DNA from: Candidatus Mediterraneibacter caccogallinarum
Lineage (GTDB): Bacteria; Bacillota; Clostridia; Lachnospirales; Lachnospiraceae
DNA length: 64,000 nucleotides
Assembly (NCBI GenBank): GCA_019120245.1
Contig: DWVK01000055.1
Location: 18,869 to 82,868 of the forward strand
Direction of reading: 5' to 3'
The notes under the pieces are model-generated. The model was not told the origin of the DNA. It saw only the letters and a program-made list of their open reading frames with translations, and searched no databases. Shown piece after piece: positions 27,767 to 37,389 of this stretch (position 1 is its first letter; each line of letters begins with the position of its first letter). Both the position numbers and the translations under genes were made by a program.

Positions 27767-29986
27767 ATGAACATTTCTGTAAATGAAACCACCCATACAT
27801 TTCATCTTTATAACAATGAGATCAGCTACATTATGACTGTACTCAGAAACGGACAGATGGGACAGCTGTATTTCGGGAAAAAAGTCCATGAGCGCGACGA
27901 CTATTCCTATCTTATCGAAGTACGGTCCCGTCCCATGACATCCTGCGTATTCGACACAGACAAATGCTTTTCTATGGAACATCTGAAGCAGGAATACGCT
28001 GTGTTCGGCACAACAGATTACCGCTCGCCTGCAACGGAAGTCCTGCAGAATAACGGAAGCCGTATCTCGGAATTCGTGTTCCACGACTACCGGATTGAAA
28101 ATGGGAAACCCTCGCTTGAGGGACTTCCCGCCACTTATACTGAGTCAGATGAAGAAGCGAGTACACTGGTCATCGGTCTGATGGATCCGCTCACGCAGAT
28201 CCGTCTGGAACTATTCTATACGATTTTTGAGAAGGGCGGTATTATCGCGCGAAGCGCGCGCTTTATCAATAAAGGGAAAGAAGATGTTCATCTGACTACT
28301 GCCATGAGTCTGTGCGTGGATCTTCCGGACAGTGAGTATGACTGGATCCAGTTTTCCGGGGCATGGGCGAGAGAGCGCTGTCCGAAAAGGCGGCGTCTCG
28401 AGCAGGGAATCCAGTCCGTAGGAAGCATGAGAGGTAATTCTTCCCACAACCACAACCCGTTTGTGATCCTGAAACGGCCGACTGCCGATGAATTTCAGGG
28501 TGAAGCCATCGGTTTCAGCCTGATCTACAGCGGCAACTTCCTTGCGCAGGCAGAAGTAGACGCATATAATACGACAAGATTTCTCATGGGAATCCATCCG
28601 GCAGGCTTTGACTGGAAACTGTCAGCAGGCACGTCTTTTCAGACGCCGGAGGCTGTGATGATATATACCGATCAGGGTCTGAACCGCTTAAGCCAGACAT
28701 TCCACCGCCTGTACCAAAAGCGGCTTGCCAGAGGATACTGGAGAGACAGGGAGCGCCCGATCCTGATCAATAACTGGGAAGCCACCTATTTTGATTTTAC
28801 TGAAGAAAAGCTTCTGCAGATTGCAGGGAAAGCAAAGGAGTGCGGAGTAGAACTGTTCGTACTTGACGACGGCTGGTTCGGACAGCGCAATACAGAACAT
28901 GCGGGTCTCGGCGACTGGACCGCAAATACCGATAAGCTTCCCTCCGGAATTGCCGGGCTCTCGGAGAAGATCGAAAAAATGGGCATGATGTTCGGTCTCT
29001 GGTTCGAGCCCGAGATGGTCAATAAAGATTCTGACCTTTACCGTGAACATCCGGACTGGATCCTGCAGGCTCCCGGCCGAAAACCTTCCCACGGACGTTT
29101 CCAGTATGTGCTGGACTTTTCCAGAAAGGAAGTCGTAGACCGGATTTATGAGATGATGGCAAAGCTTCTCTCTGAGGCGAAAATATCCTATGTAAAGTGG
29201 GATATGAACCGCAGTATTACAGAGTGCTGCTCCGCGTCGCTCCCGGCTGACCGACAGGGCGAAGTGTATCACAGATATATCCTCGGAGTCTATGACCTGT
29301 ATGAAAGGCTCACAAGCAGGTTCCCGCAGGTACTGTTTGAGTCCTGCGCAAGCGGAGGCGGCCGTTTTGATCCGGGGCTTCTCTACTATGCGCCGCAGGG
29401 CTGGACAAGTGATGATACGGATGCAGTGGAGCGTCTCAAAATCCAGTACGGGACCTCATACTGTTATCCGGTAAGCTGTATGGGGAGCCATGTCTCTGTG
29501 ACGCCAAACCACCAGGTAAACAGGAACACGCCTCTTGAGACAAGAGCAGACGTGGCATATTTCGGCACATTCGGATATGAACTTGACCTGAACCGGATGA
29601 CAGACGAAGAACTGAACGCGGTAAAAGAGCAGGTGCGCTTTATGAAAAAATACCGCCGCCTGATCCAGTATGGTACCTTCTACCGTCTGCAGAGTCCATT
29701 CGATAACAATGTGGCAGGATGGATGGTCGTAAGCGGTGACAGGCGGCAGGCCATCGCCGGGAGATATAAGATCCTCAACGGTCCCAACCAGCCCTTTGAG
29801 AGAATGTACTTAAAAGGCCTGGATGCGGATACAGAGTATCTGGTAAACGGATCAGAAACGCATTACGGCGATGAGCTGATGAACTGCGGCCTGGTCACCA
29901 CGGATGCTTCCGCCGGCGAGGCCGGTCCTGGGGAGAAAATGAGCTGTGATTTTGAGTCAGAGCTGTATGTGATTGAGTCTGTTTAA
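27767..29986 (+). CDS. Alpha-galactosidase, glycoside hydrolase family 36
   Basis: INNWEATYF, VLDDGWFG, FEPEMV, YVKWDMNR (nucleophile), CASGGGRFD, WTSDDTD (acid/base); RBS AGGAGG. Confidence 0.96.
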   Translation: MNISVNETTHTFHLYNNEISYIMTVLRNGQMGQLYFGKKVHERDDYSYLIEVRSRPMTSCVFDTDKCFSMEHLKQEYAVFGTTDYRSPATEVLQNNGSRISEFVFHDYRIENGKPSLEGLPATYTESDEEASTLVIGLMDPLTQIRLELFYTIFEKGGIIARSARFINKGKEDVHLTTAMSLCVDLPDSEYDWIQFSGAWARERCPKRRRLEQGIQSVGSMRGNSSHNHNPFVILKRPTADEFQGEAIGFSLIYSGNFLAQAEVDAYNTTRFLMGIHPAGFDWKLSAGTSFQTPEAVMIYTDQGLNRLSQTFHRLYQKRLARGYWRDRERPILINNWEATYFDFTEEKLLQIAGKAKECGVELFVLDDGWFGQRNTEHAGLGDWTANTDKLPSGIAGLSEKIEKMGMMFGLWFEPEMVNKDSDLYREHPDWILQAPGRKPSHGRFQYVLDFSRKEVVDRIYEMMAKLLSEAKISYVKWDMNRSITECCSASLPADRQGEVYHRYILGVYDLYERLTSRFPQVLFESCASGGGRFDPGLLYYAPQGWTSDDTDAVERLKIQYGTSYCYPVSCMGSHVSVTPNHQVNRNTPLETRADVAYFGTFGYELDLNRMTDEELNAVKEQVRFMKKYRRLIQYGTFYRLQSPFDNNVAGWMVVSGDRRQAIAGRYKILNGPNQPFERMYLKGLDADTEYLVNGSETHYGDELMNCGLVTTDASAGEAGPGEKMSCDFESELYVIESV

Positions 29987-30006
29987 GACAGCGAGGGGAG
30001 AGAAAA

Positions 30007-30527
30007 ATGGAATCCAGAGGATATTTTGTCAAACGGTGCGCCATGATGCTGACGGGAATTCTTTTTATCAGTATATGCGTAGGCTGTTACCGCCTCAGCG
30101 GCTTCGGAGTGGATGCGTTTACATGTATGCAGCTGAAATGACGCTGGCGCTTCGGATTTTCGCCCTGCTGCTCGGATGCATCTTTGCAGGGCTTGGCGTA
30201 GCCTTTTACATGGTGGCTGAGATGGGAATCGCACCTTATGACAGCGCAGCTCTTATTCTCCAGAAATGGACAAAGGGGAGGATACCATTTCAGTTTGCCC
30301 GTGTCATAACAGATGTTGTCTGCGTGCTGACCGGCATAGTATTCTGCCTGTTCGCTGGGGATGATATATGGATGATTGTCGGGATCGGTACGATCATCAA
30401 CGCCTTTTTTAATGGTCCGCTGATCCAGTTTTTCAGGACGCATGTTACGGAACTGCTCCTGTACGGAAACGCGCAACAGAAAGCTGCGTTTGACATCATA
30501 CAGGAAAAGAAGAAAAAACAAAAATAG
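30007..30527 (+). pseudogene. YczE/YyaS/YitT-like membrane protein, internally deleted and frameshifted
   Basis: Frame 1: MESRGYFVKRCAMMLTGILF...FGVDAFTCM, stop at 30141; frame 3 continues EMTLALRIF...MGIAPYDS...GIGTIINAFFNGPLIQFF. Confidence 0.75.
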
Positions 30528-30543
30528 CTGCTACGAATTTCCA

Positions 30544-30572
30544 GTTTAAAAGTAAAGATCCTCCATATACTA
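30544..30572 (+). promoter_or_regulatory. Putative forespore (sigma-G/F-type) promoter for the SASP gene
   Basis: GTTTA-17-TATACTA upstream of an alpha/beta SASP gene. Confidence 0.45.
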
Positions 30573-30722
30573 TGGATGTAACATGAAGCACCGAACAGCA
30601 GATGTATGATAACCGGCTGCACACAGGCGGCAGATTACATACAGATGCAGCCGGACTGCATGTTGCATGACAAACGAGAGCAGCTTAAAAAAGCTGCCAA
30701 AACGCAAAAGGAGGAAATGATC

Positions 30723-30929
30723 ATGGCAAGTCGTTCATCTAACAGAGCAGCAGTGCCTGAGGCAAAGAGCGCTCTGGACAAATTCAAGTATGAGGTGGCA
30801 AATGAGCTCGGAGTACCGTTATCTGACGGCTACAACGGAGACCTTACCTCCAAACAGAACGGATCTGTGGGCGGATATATGGTCAAGAAAATGATCGAAC
30901 AGCAGGAAAAACAGATGGCAGGCAAATAA
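30723..30929 (+). CDS. Alpha/beta-type small acid-soluble spore protein
   Basis: KFKYEVANELGV...GDLTSKQNGSVGGYMVKKMI; RBS AGGAGG. Confidence 0.96.
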   Translation: MASRSSNRAAVPEAKSALDKFKYEVANELGVPLSDGYNGDLTSKQNGSVGGYMVKKMIEQQEKQMAGK

Positions 30930-30971
30930 GCAGTCTGCGGCTGAAGAGAAACTGCTTCGTCCGAAAAGGGG

Positions 30972-31004
30972 AAAAGCACTCGGGATTGACCTGAGTGCTT
31001 TTTT
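30972..31004 (+). terminator. Terminator after the SASP gene
   Basis: AAAAGCACTCGG-GATTGAC-CTGAGTGCTTTTTT. Confidence 0.85.
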
Positions 31005-31046
31005 CTGCTAAAATTCAGCATAGTTATAGAAAAGAGGTGCTGCTTT

Positions 31047-31616
31047 ATGAGAGTGATCGCTGGAAGTGCGAAAAGGCTGCCTTTAAAGACGATCGAAGGC
31101 ATGGACACAAGACCGACTACAGACAGGATCAAAGAGACGCTGTTCAATATGATAGCTCCCGGCATGTATGACTGTATCTTTCTCGATCTTTTCAGCGGGA
31201 GCGGCGGCATCGGGATCGAGGCGCTGAGCCGGGGTGCCCGCGAGGCTGTTTTTGTGGAGAATAGTCCGCGAGCGATGGCGGTGATCAAGGAAAACCTGAA
31301 GTTTACCAGGCTGGAGCAGAAGGCTGTCACGATGACGCGGGACGTGATGAACGCTCTGTATCAGCTGGAGGGGGAGAAGGTATTCGATTACATTTTTATG
31401 GATCCTCCTTATGACAGAGGGCTGGAGCGGAAGGTTCTGGAGTATCTGGCTGATTCTGCACTTGTGTATGAGGATACGGTCATCATCGTGGAGGCGTCGA
31501 AGAATACGGATTTTTCCTATGCTGACGGACTCGGCTTCAGTATTATAAAAGAGAAGGTCTATAAGACGAATAAGCATGTTTTTTTAGAAAAAGCAGGAAA
31601 GGAAGAAATATGTTGA
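31047..31616 (+). CDS. rsmD: 16S rRNA m2G966 methyltransferase
   Basis: [36 protein letters not shown]. Confidence 0.96.
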   Translation: MRVIAGSAKRLPLKTIEGMDTRPTTDRIKETLFNMIAPGMYDCIFLDLFSGSGGIGIEALSRGAREAVFVENSPRAMAVIKENLKFTRLEQKAVTMTRDVMNALYQLEGEKVFDYIFMDPPYDRGLERKVLEYLADSALVYEDTVIIVEASKNTDFSYADGLGFSIIKEKVYKTNKHVFLEKAGKEEIC

Positions 31617-32101
31617 GAGGAGTCTATCCGGGAAGCTTCGACCCGGTTACATACGGACATTATGATATCATCGTGAGGTCCTGCAAAATCGTGGATGAAT
31701 TAATTGTCGGGGTATTGAACAATAAGGCAAAAATGCCGTTGTTTTCTGTTGAAGAACGTGTTAAAATGTTAAAGGAAGTGACGAAAGATCTGACAAACGT
31801 AAAGATCGTGCCTTTTGACGGGCTCCTGGTTGATTTCGCTTCAAGAATGGATGCGGATATCGTTATCAGGGGACTGCGTGCGATCACAGATTTTGAGTAT
31901 GAACTGCAGATGTCACAGACAAATCATAAGCTGGCTCCGAACGTGGAGACCATGTTTCTGACAACAAGTATTGAATATTCCTATCTGAGTTCTACAACGG
32001 TAAGAGAGATCGCTGCTTTTGGGGGAGATTTATCACAGTTTGTGCCGGAAGCAGTGGCGGAAGAACTTAAGAAAAAGATGAATACAAAAAGGAGAGTGTA
32101 A
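31610..32101 (+). CDS. coaD: Pantetheine-phosphate adenylyltransferase
   Basis: [32 protein letters not shown]. Confidence 0.98.
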   Translation: MLRGVYPGSFDPVTYGHYDIIVRSCKIVDELIVGVLNNKAKMPLFSVEERVKMLKEVTKDLTNVKIVPFDGLLVDFASRMDADIVIRGLRAITDFEYELQMSQTNHKLAPNVETMFLTTSIEYSYLSSTTVREIAAFGGDLSQFVPEAVAEELKKKMNTKRRV

Positions 32102-32103
32102 GA

Positions 32104-32688
32104 ATGAGCAGCCGTATTGAGCAGATTATTGAAGAGATCGAGGAATATATCGACAGGGATTGTAAGTTCCAGCCGCTTTCCACGACAAAGATCATTGTGA
32201 ATAAGGAGCATCTGGATGAACTGCTTAGAGAGCTCCGTATGAAGACACCGGACGAGATCAAGCGTTATCAGAAGATCATTGCCAACAGAGATGCGATCCT
32301 TGCGGATGCGAAGGCAAAGGCTGACGCGATGATCGAGGAAGCGCAGGTGCAGACAACAGAACTTGTCAGCGAGCATGAGATCATGCAGCAGGCATATGCG
32401 CAGGCGAATGAGATCGTGACTCAGGCAACAGCACAGGCGCAGGAGATCATTGACAATGCTACGTCGGATGCCAATGCGATCCGTATCGGTGCGATCCAGT
32501 ATACGGATGACCTGCTTGCCAATGCGGAGAGCATCATCGGCCACACACTTGACAGTTATACTACAAAGTATGACGGGCTGATCAATTCTCTGCAGGAGTG
32601 CTATGATACGGTGCGTTCTAACAGAGCTGAGCTTGATATCCCGGACGAGGATGACGACGGATATCATTCCCAGGACAGCAGCAATTAG
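32104..32688 (+). CDS. Conserved coiled-coil protein typical downstream of coaD in Clostridia (ATPase subunit-like)
   Basis: Helical Ala/Gln/Glu-rich repeats; conserved position. Confidence 0.75.
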   Translation: MSSRIEQIIEEIEEYIDRDCKFQPLSTTKIIVNKEHLDELLRELRMKTPDEIKRYQKIIANRDAILADAKAKADAMIEEAQVQTTELVSEHEIMQQAYAQANEIVTQATAQAQEIIDNATSDANAIRIGAIQYTDDLLANAESIIGHTLDSYTTKYDGLINSLQECYDTVRSNRAELDIPDEDDDGYHSQDSSN

Positions 32689-33629
32689 TGGAACGGTGAA
32701 AATAGAGTAAGATATAGGATTGCTAAAAGACTGGCTGCCGCTGCGGCAGTCAGTTTTTGTATGGTATAGGGAATCACGGACAGTCCTGTGCCCTCCAGCA
32801 TGCACTGAGTCTGGGCAATCGAGCAGAGCCCTCCGAAGGATGTAAGGCCGAGGACTGCGGCAAAGCAGAGCCCCGGATCGCTGACCGTGCTGCGGATCAG
32901 GAGGATGCCGTTGGTGACTTCCAGCACCGGGGCTGCCGCCATAACAGCAGGGCTCTGTCCGGCGAGTTCCCTAAGAAGAGACAGAAGTACAGAGAACAGG
33001 ATGATATAGCCGCCCACTTTCACGATCGCTTCGAAGCTGTTCATCATACAGGAATCCAGGACGGAAAAATTGAAACAAGTCTTTTTTTCTTTCAGGGCAG
33101 GAGAAGGATCCGGAAAAGCACGCCTGCCTTTCAGATAATATTTTCGGAAAGCAAAGCTGAGAAGGACCGGGGTGCCGATCAGAATGGACAGTCCCGGAAG
33201 CATCAGACTTTCATTTCCAAACGTTTTCCATACGATAAAATTAATGATAAATACCGGGCTTGTATTGTTGCAGAATGAGAGGAGATACCGAGCTTCGTCC
33301 TGAGAGATCCTGCCCGCCCGCAGCAGATCCGCCGTGACCTTCGCACCCATGGGATAGCCGCAGAGGAACCCTGAAAGAACTGCAAAAGTCCCATTTTTTG
33401 AGACCCGGAAAATGCGGCGGAACACTCCTCCGAAAATCCCTGCGATCAGTGAAAGACCGCCGGAAGAAAGGAGGAGGCTTGTCGCGACGAGAAAGGGAAA
33501 AAGCGTCGGGAAGATAATCTGGAACCAAAGGAGCAGTCCTTCTTCCGCTCCGCTGAACACTGCTTTCGGGAAAAGGAGCATCGCCGCGAAGAGCGCGGTG
33601 ACAAAGAGTCCTGCCGGAAAATGTTTCAT
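32685..33629 (-). CDS. Sporulation integral membrane protein YlbJ-like (nucleoside recognition domain)
   Basis: IIFPTLFPF, GFLCGYPMGAK, FCNNTSP, LEVTNG, FGGLCSIAQ. Confidence 0.88.
   Translation of the reverse strand: MKHFPAGLFVTALFAAMLLFPKAVFSGAEEGLLLWFQIIFPTLFPFLVATSLLLSSGGLSLIAGIFGGVFRRIFRVSKNGTFAVLSGFLCGYPMGAKVTADLLRAGRISQDEARYLLSFCNNTSPVFIINFIVWKTFGNESLMLPGLSILIGTPVLLSFAFRKYYLKGRRAFPDPSPALKEKKTCFNFSVLDSCMMNSFEAIVKVGGYIILFSVLLSLLRELAGQSPAVMAAAPVLEVTNGILLIRSTVSDPGLCFAAVLGLTSFGGLCSIAQTQCMLEGTGLSVIPYTIQKLTAAAAASLLAILYLTLFSPFH
32725..32758 (+). terminator. Terminator for the rsmD-coaD operon, embedded in the ylbJ coding strand
   Basis: AAAAGACTGGCTGCCGC-T-GCGGCAGTCAGTTTTT. Confidence 0.6.
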
Positions 33630-33739
33630 TGCCCTGCCTTCTGTCTGTGCATGGTTATTTCAGATATATGTAAGAAGAATGCTTTTTATGAGCTGTTCAT
33701 ATAGTAAAAGAAACAGGCAGAGAGAAGGAGAAGCTCTGG

Positions 33740-34573
33740 GTGAGGGGTAAAAAACACATTTTAAGACCGGGGTATTTTCTGATCCTGTTCCTTCTTGTGC
33801 TGGGCTCAGGAATCTGGATCCCACGGCTGAAATATATGAGCGAGGCCGGCAAGCTGACGGAAGACATTCTGTTCACGGCAGACTTCCGCAGACAGCCTGT
33901 CACTGAGGAACTCCTGAAGGAAATAAAGAATGTGGACCAGCCGGGAGAAATGCTTGGGATCTACTGGCTGGAGACGGATTTTGGGAGAACAGAGAAAGCA
34001 TTTTCAAAGATGGACCGAAGCAGATGGACAGTGCGCCCGGGGTGGTCAGAATTTGCGGCGGCGTGCAGGGCAGTATGGGATGACGCGGTCTATTTTCCAG
34101 TGGCAGAGGCAGCCAACAGGACAGATGCGAAAGTTACTTTTGAAGATTCCTGGATGTTCGGGAGAAGCTATAAAGGAGACCGGGGACATGAAGGGACAGA
34201 TATCATGGCCTCGGTCAATGAGCGGGGACTTTACCCCGTGGTCAGCATGACGGACGGAACAGTCAGGAGCAAGGGCTGGCTGGAACTCGGGGGCTGGCGT
34301 CTGGGCATAGAGACAGAGCAGGGAGCCTATTTCTATTATGCCCATCTTGACTCCTATGCGCAGATCGAAGAGGGGGATGCGGTGAAGGCCGGCGATCTTC
34401 TCGGCTATATGGGAGATACCGGCTACAGTACCGTCGAGGGTACCACAGGAAACTTTCCGGTGCACCTGCACCTGGGGATCTACCTCTATCCCGGCGGCCG
34501 GGAGATCAGTGTGGATCCCTATGGAGTACTGAAATATGTGGAGGACAGGAGAATCAGCTGCATTTTCCGGTAG
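33740..34573 (+). CDS. M23 family metallopeptidase, membrane-anchored
   Basis: HEGTD (HxxxD), YYAHL, GYMGDTG, HLH motifs. Confidence 0.92.
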   Translation: MRGKKHILRPGYFLILFLLVLGSGIWIPRLKYMSEAGKLTEDILFTADFRRQPVTEELLKEIKNVDQPGEMLGIYWLETDFGRTEKAFSKMDRSRWTVRPGWSEFAAACRAVWDDAVYFPVAEAANRTDAKVTFEDSWMFGRSYKGDRGHEGTDIMASVNERGLYPVVSMTDGTVRSKGWLELGGWRLGIETEQGAYFYYAHLDSYAQIEEGDAVKAGDLLGYMGDTGYSTVEGTTGNFPVHLHLGIYLYPGGREISVDPYGVLKYVEDRRISCIFR

Positions 34574-34627
34574 GGGGTTTTATGCACCCTGAAATCATGT
34601 TATACTGTCCTTTATGGAGGAAATGAG

Positions 34628-36016
34628 ATGAATTTACCGATAGCATTTGAAGAGGAAATGAAGGCCCTTCTCGGGCCAGAGGAATATGAAGAATACCTGA
34701 AATGCTTTGATGAGCCGAGGCATTACGGACTGCGCGTGAACACGGCGAAGATCTCTGTGGAAGACTTCCTGAAGATCGCCCCCTGGCCGCTGGAGAGGGT
34801 GCCATGGATCCGGAATGGATTCTATTATGACGGGGAGAGTGTTCAGCCGGCAAAGCATCCCTATTATTTTGCCGGCCTTTATTATCTGCAGGAGCCCAGC
34901 GCAATGACGCCTGCGGACCGCCTTCCGGTGGAGCCGGGAGACAGGGTGCTGGATGTATGTGCAGCTCCGGGAGGGAAAGCGACGGAACTGGGAGCAAAAT
35001 TAAACGGAACGGGAGTGCTGGCGGCAAATGACCTGAGCAGCTCGAGGGCAAAAGGACTTTTAAAGAACCTGGAGCTCTTCGGGATCGGCAATGCGCTTGT
35101 CCTGAGCGAAGAGCCGGGAAAACTGGTACCGTATTTCAGAGAATATTTTGACAAGATCCTGATCGATGCCCCGTGTTCCGGGGAAGGCATGTTCCGGAAG
35201 GACAGAAAGATGGTGCGCGCCTGGGAGGAGCACGGTCCGGAGTATTTCTCGAAGATACAGCGGAGCATCGTCACTCAGGCCGCGGAGATGCTCCGTCCCG
35301 GCGGCATGATGCTCTATTCTACCTGTACTTTTTCTCCGCTGGAGAATGAGCAGACCATAGAATATCTCCTGCAGCAGTATCCGGAGTTCAGGATCTGTGA
35401 GATGGAGGGATACGAGGGATTCGCTCAGGGGATCCCGGAAGCATCAGAGAGCGGAGATGAGGCGCTGCGCAGGACAGTGCGGATCTTTCCCCACCGGATG
35501 AAGGGTGAAGGGCATTTCCTCGCACTGCTCAGAAAGGGAGAGGCGGGCAGCCAACCGTGTTCTCCGGCTTTAAAAGCAAAGGGGATCAAACTCCCCGCGG
35601 AGCTGGAGGAATTTCTCAGAGACGTAGACCGGGACATGGAACCGTCCAGGATCGATCTCCGGGGAGGAAGAGTGTACTATATGCCGGAGAATCTCCCGTC
35701 TCTGAAAGGAATCCGCTTCCTGCGGACAGGGCTGCTGCTGGGAGAATTGAAGAAGAACCGTTTTGAACCCAGCCAGGCCTTTGCCATGAACCTGAAAAAG
35801 GAGGAGTACCGCCGTACGCTGGATCTGCCGGCGGAGGATCCACGGGTGATCCGGTATTTAAAGGGAGAGACGCTGGATGTGGAGGACCTTGTATCTACGC
35901 GGGAGAAGGGATGGTTCCTGGTCTGCGTTGACGGCTATCCCCTTGGATTCGGCAAGCTGGTGAACCAGACGCTGAAGAACAAATATCTCCCGGGATGGCG
36001 GTGGCAGTCACAATGA
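34628..36016 (+). CDS. RsmF/NOL1/NOP2 family rRNA m5C methyltransferase
   Basis: YLQEPSAM, DVCAAPGGK, DAPCSGEG, YSTCTF, KNKYLPGWR. Confidence 0.94.
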   Translation: MNLPIAFEEEMKALLGPEEYEEYLKCFDEPRHYGLRVNTAKISVEDFLKIAPWPLERVPWIRNGFYYDGESVQPAKHPYYFAGLYYLQEPSAMTPADRLPVEPGDRVLDVCAAPGGKATELGAKLNGTGVLAANDLSSSRAKGLLKNLELFGIGNALVLSEEPGKLVPYFREYFDKILIDAPCSGEGMFRKDRKMVRAWEEHGPEYFSKIQRSIVTQAAEMLRPGGMMLYSTCTFSPLENEQTIEYLLQQYPEFRICEMEGYEGFAQGIPEASESGDEALRRTVRIFPHRMKGEGHFLALLRKGEAGSQPCSPALKAKGIKLPAELEEFLRDVDRDMEPSRIDLRGGRVYYMPENLPSLKGIRFLRTGLLLGELKKNRFEPSQAFAMNLKKEEYRRTLDLPAEDPRVIRYLKGETLDVEDLVSTREKGWFLVCVDGYPLGFGKLVNQTLKNKYLPGWRWQSQ

Positions 36017-36720
36017 AGATCAGGCTGGATAAATACCTTGCCGATATGGGATGCGGCACAAGGAGTCAGGTGAAGCGCGGGATCACAAAAGGCGGCGCTG
36101 AGGTCAACGGCGTCAAAGTGACCAGGCCGGAGGAGAAGATCGACACAGAGAGGGATACTGTTCTTTTTAACGGCATGACAGTTGGGTATGCAGAATTCGA
36201 GTACTACATGCTGAACAAGCCGGCAGGAGTCGTGTCGGCGACAGAGGACAGACGAGAGAGGACTGTCCTGGACCTGATCGGGGAGAAGCGGAGGAAGGAT
36301 CTTTTTCCTGTGGGGCGCCTGGACAAGGACACAGAAGGACTCCTTCTCATTACCAACGACGGCGAACTGGCTCACAGGCTCCTGTCCCCGAAAAAGCACG
36401 TGGATAAGACGTATTATGCCAGGGTGGCGGGAAGGATCACAGAGGAGCATAAGAAGATCTTTGCCGCCGGAGTGGACATCGGCGATGAGAAGCCGGCTCT
36501 CCCCGCTGAACTTCGGATCCTTTCTTCCGAAGAGATATCAGAGGTTGAACTTACGATCCACGAGGGCAGATTCCATCAGGTGAAACGGATGTTCCACGCC
36601 GTGGGCGGGGAAGTCCTGTATCTGAAGCGTACGAGCATGGGCAGTCTCAGGCTGGACGAATGTCTGGAACCGGGACAGTACAGAAGACTGACGGAGGATG
36701 AGATCAGAGCGTTATGTTAA
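36013..36720 (+). CDS. RsuA-family pseudouridine synthase
   Basis: S4 domain RLDKYL, VGRLDKDTEGLL, EGRFHQVKRM. Confidence 0.95.
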   Translation: MKIRLDKYLADMGCGTRSQVKRGITKGGAEVNGVKVTRPEEKIDTERDTVLFNGMTVGYAEFEYYMLNKPAGVVSATEDRRERTVLDLIGEKRRKDLFPVGRLDKDTEGLLLITNDGELAHRLLSPKKHVDKTYYARVAGRITEEHKKIFAAGVDIGDEKPALPAELRILSSEEISEVELTIHEGRFHQVKRMFHAVGGEVLYLKRTSMGSLRLDECLEPGQYRRLTEDEIRALC

Positions 36721-37388
36721 AAGGGAAAAAAGCAGTGATATTTGATATGGACGGATCTCTCGTGGATTCTATGTGGATCTGGCCGGAGGTGGACCGTATT
36801 TACATGGACAAGTATGGTCTGACGCAGCCGGCAGATTTCCACAAGGCTATTGAGGGAAAAAGCTATACCGAGACAGCCCAGTATTTTGTTGACACGTTCG
36901 AGACGCTGCACAGAACAGTGGAGCAAGTGAAGGCGGAATGGAAAGAGATGACCATGGAGCTGTACAGCACGAAGGTCTTTCCGAAGCCGGGGGCTGTGGA
37001 GTTCCTGGACGAGATGAAGCGGCACGGGATCCTGCTGGGAATCGCAACCAGCAATGACCGTACACTGGCGGAAGCGGCGCTTCGGGCGCGTGGAATGATG
37101 CAGTATTTTGATTCTGTCCGCACCTCCTGCGAGGTGGCGGCGGGAAAACCGGCGCCTGATGTCTATCTGAAAGTGGCTGAGGACCTGCAGGTGAAGCCGC
37201 AGGAGTGCCTCGTGTTTGAGGACGTGCCGAACGGGATCCTGGCGGGAAAGAATGCGGGAATGGAAGTATGTGCTGTGGATGATGTGTTTTCCAGGCCGGA
37301 CGAGGCAGAGAAGAAGCGCCTGGCGGATTATTTCATCCATGATTATTTTGAGATCAGAGACAATACTTATGAAAGATGCAGGAGGTAG
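36714..37388 (+). CDS. HAD family phosphatase
   Basis: FDMDGSLVDS, ATSN, GKPAPD, FEDVPNG. Confidence 0.93.
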   Translation: MLKGKKAVIFDMDGSLVDSMWIWPEVDRIYMDKYGLTQPADFHKAIEGKSYTETAQYFVDTFETLHRTVEQVKAEWKEMTMELYSTKVFPKPGAVEFLDEMKRHGILLGIATSNDRTLAEAALRARGMMQYFDSVRTSCEVAAGKPAPDVYLKVAEDLQVKPQECLVFEDVPNGILAGKNAGMEVCAVDDVFSRPDEAEKKRLADYFIHDYFEIRDNTYERCRR

Positions 37389-37389
37389 A

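Noticed and set aside
29973-30527. ORF-track 184-aa protein as an intact gene
   Set aside because: Its first ~55 aa are an out-of-frame read; the RBS and homologous N-terminus are at 30007 in another frame, so it is called a pseudogene
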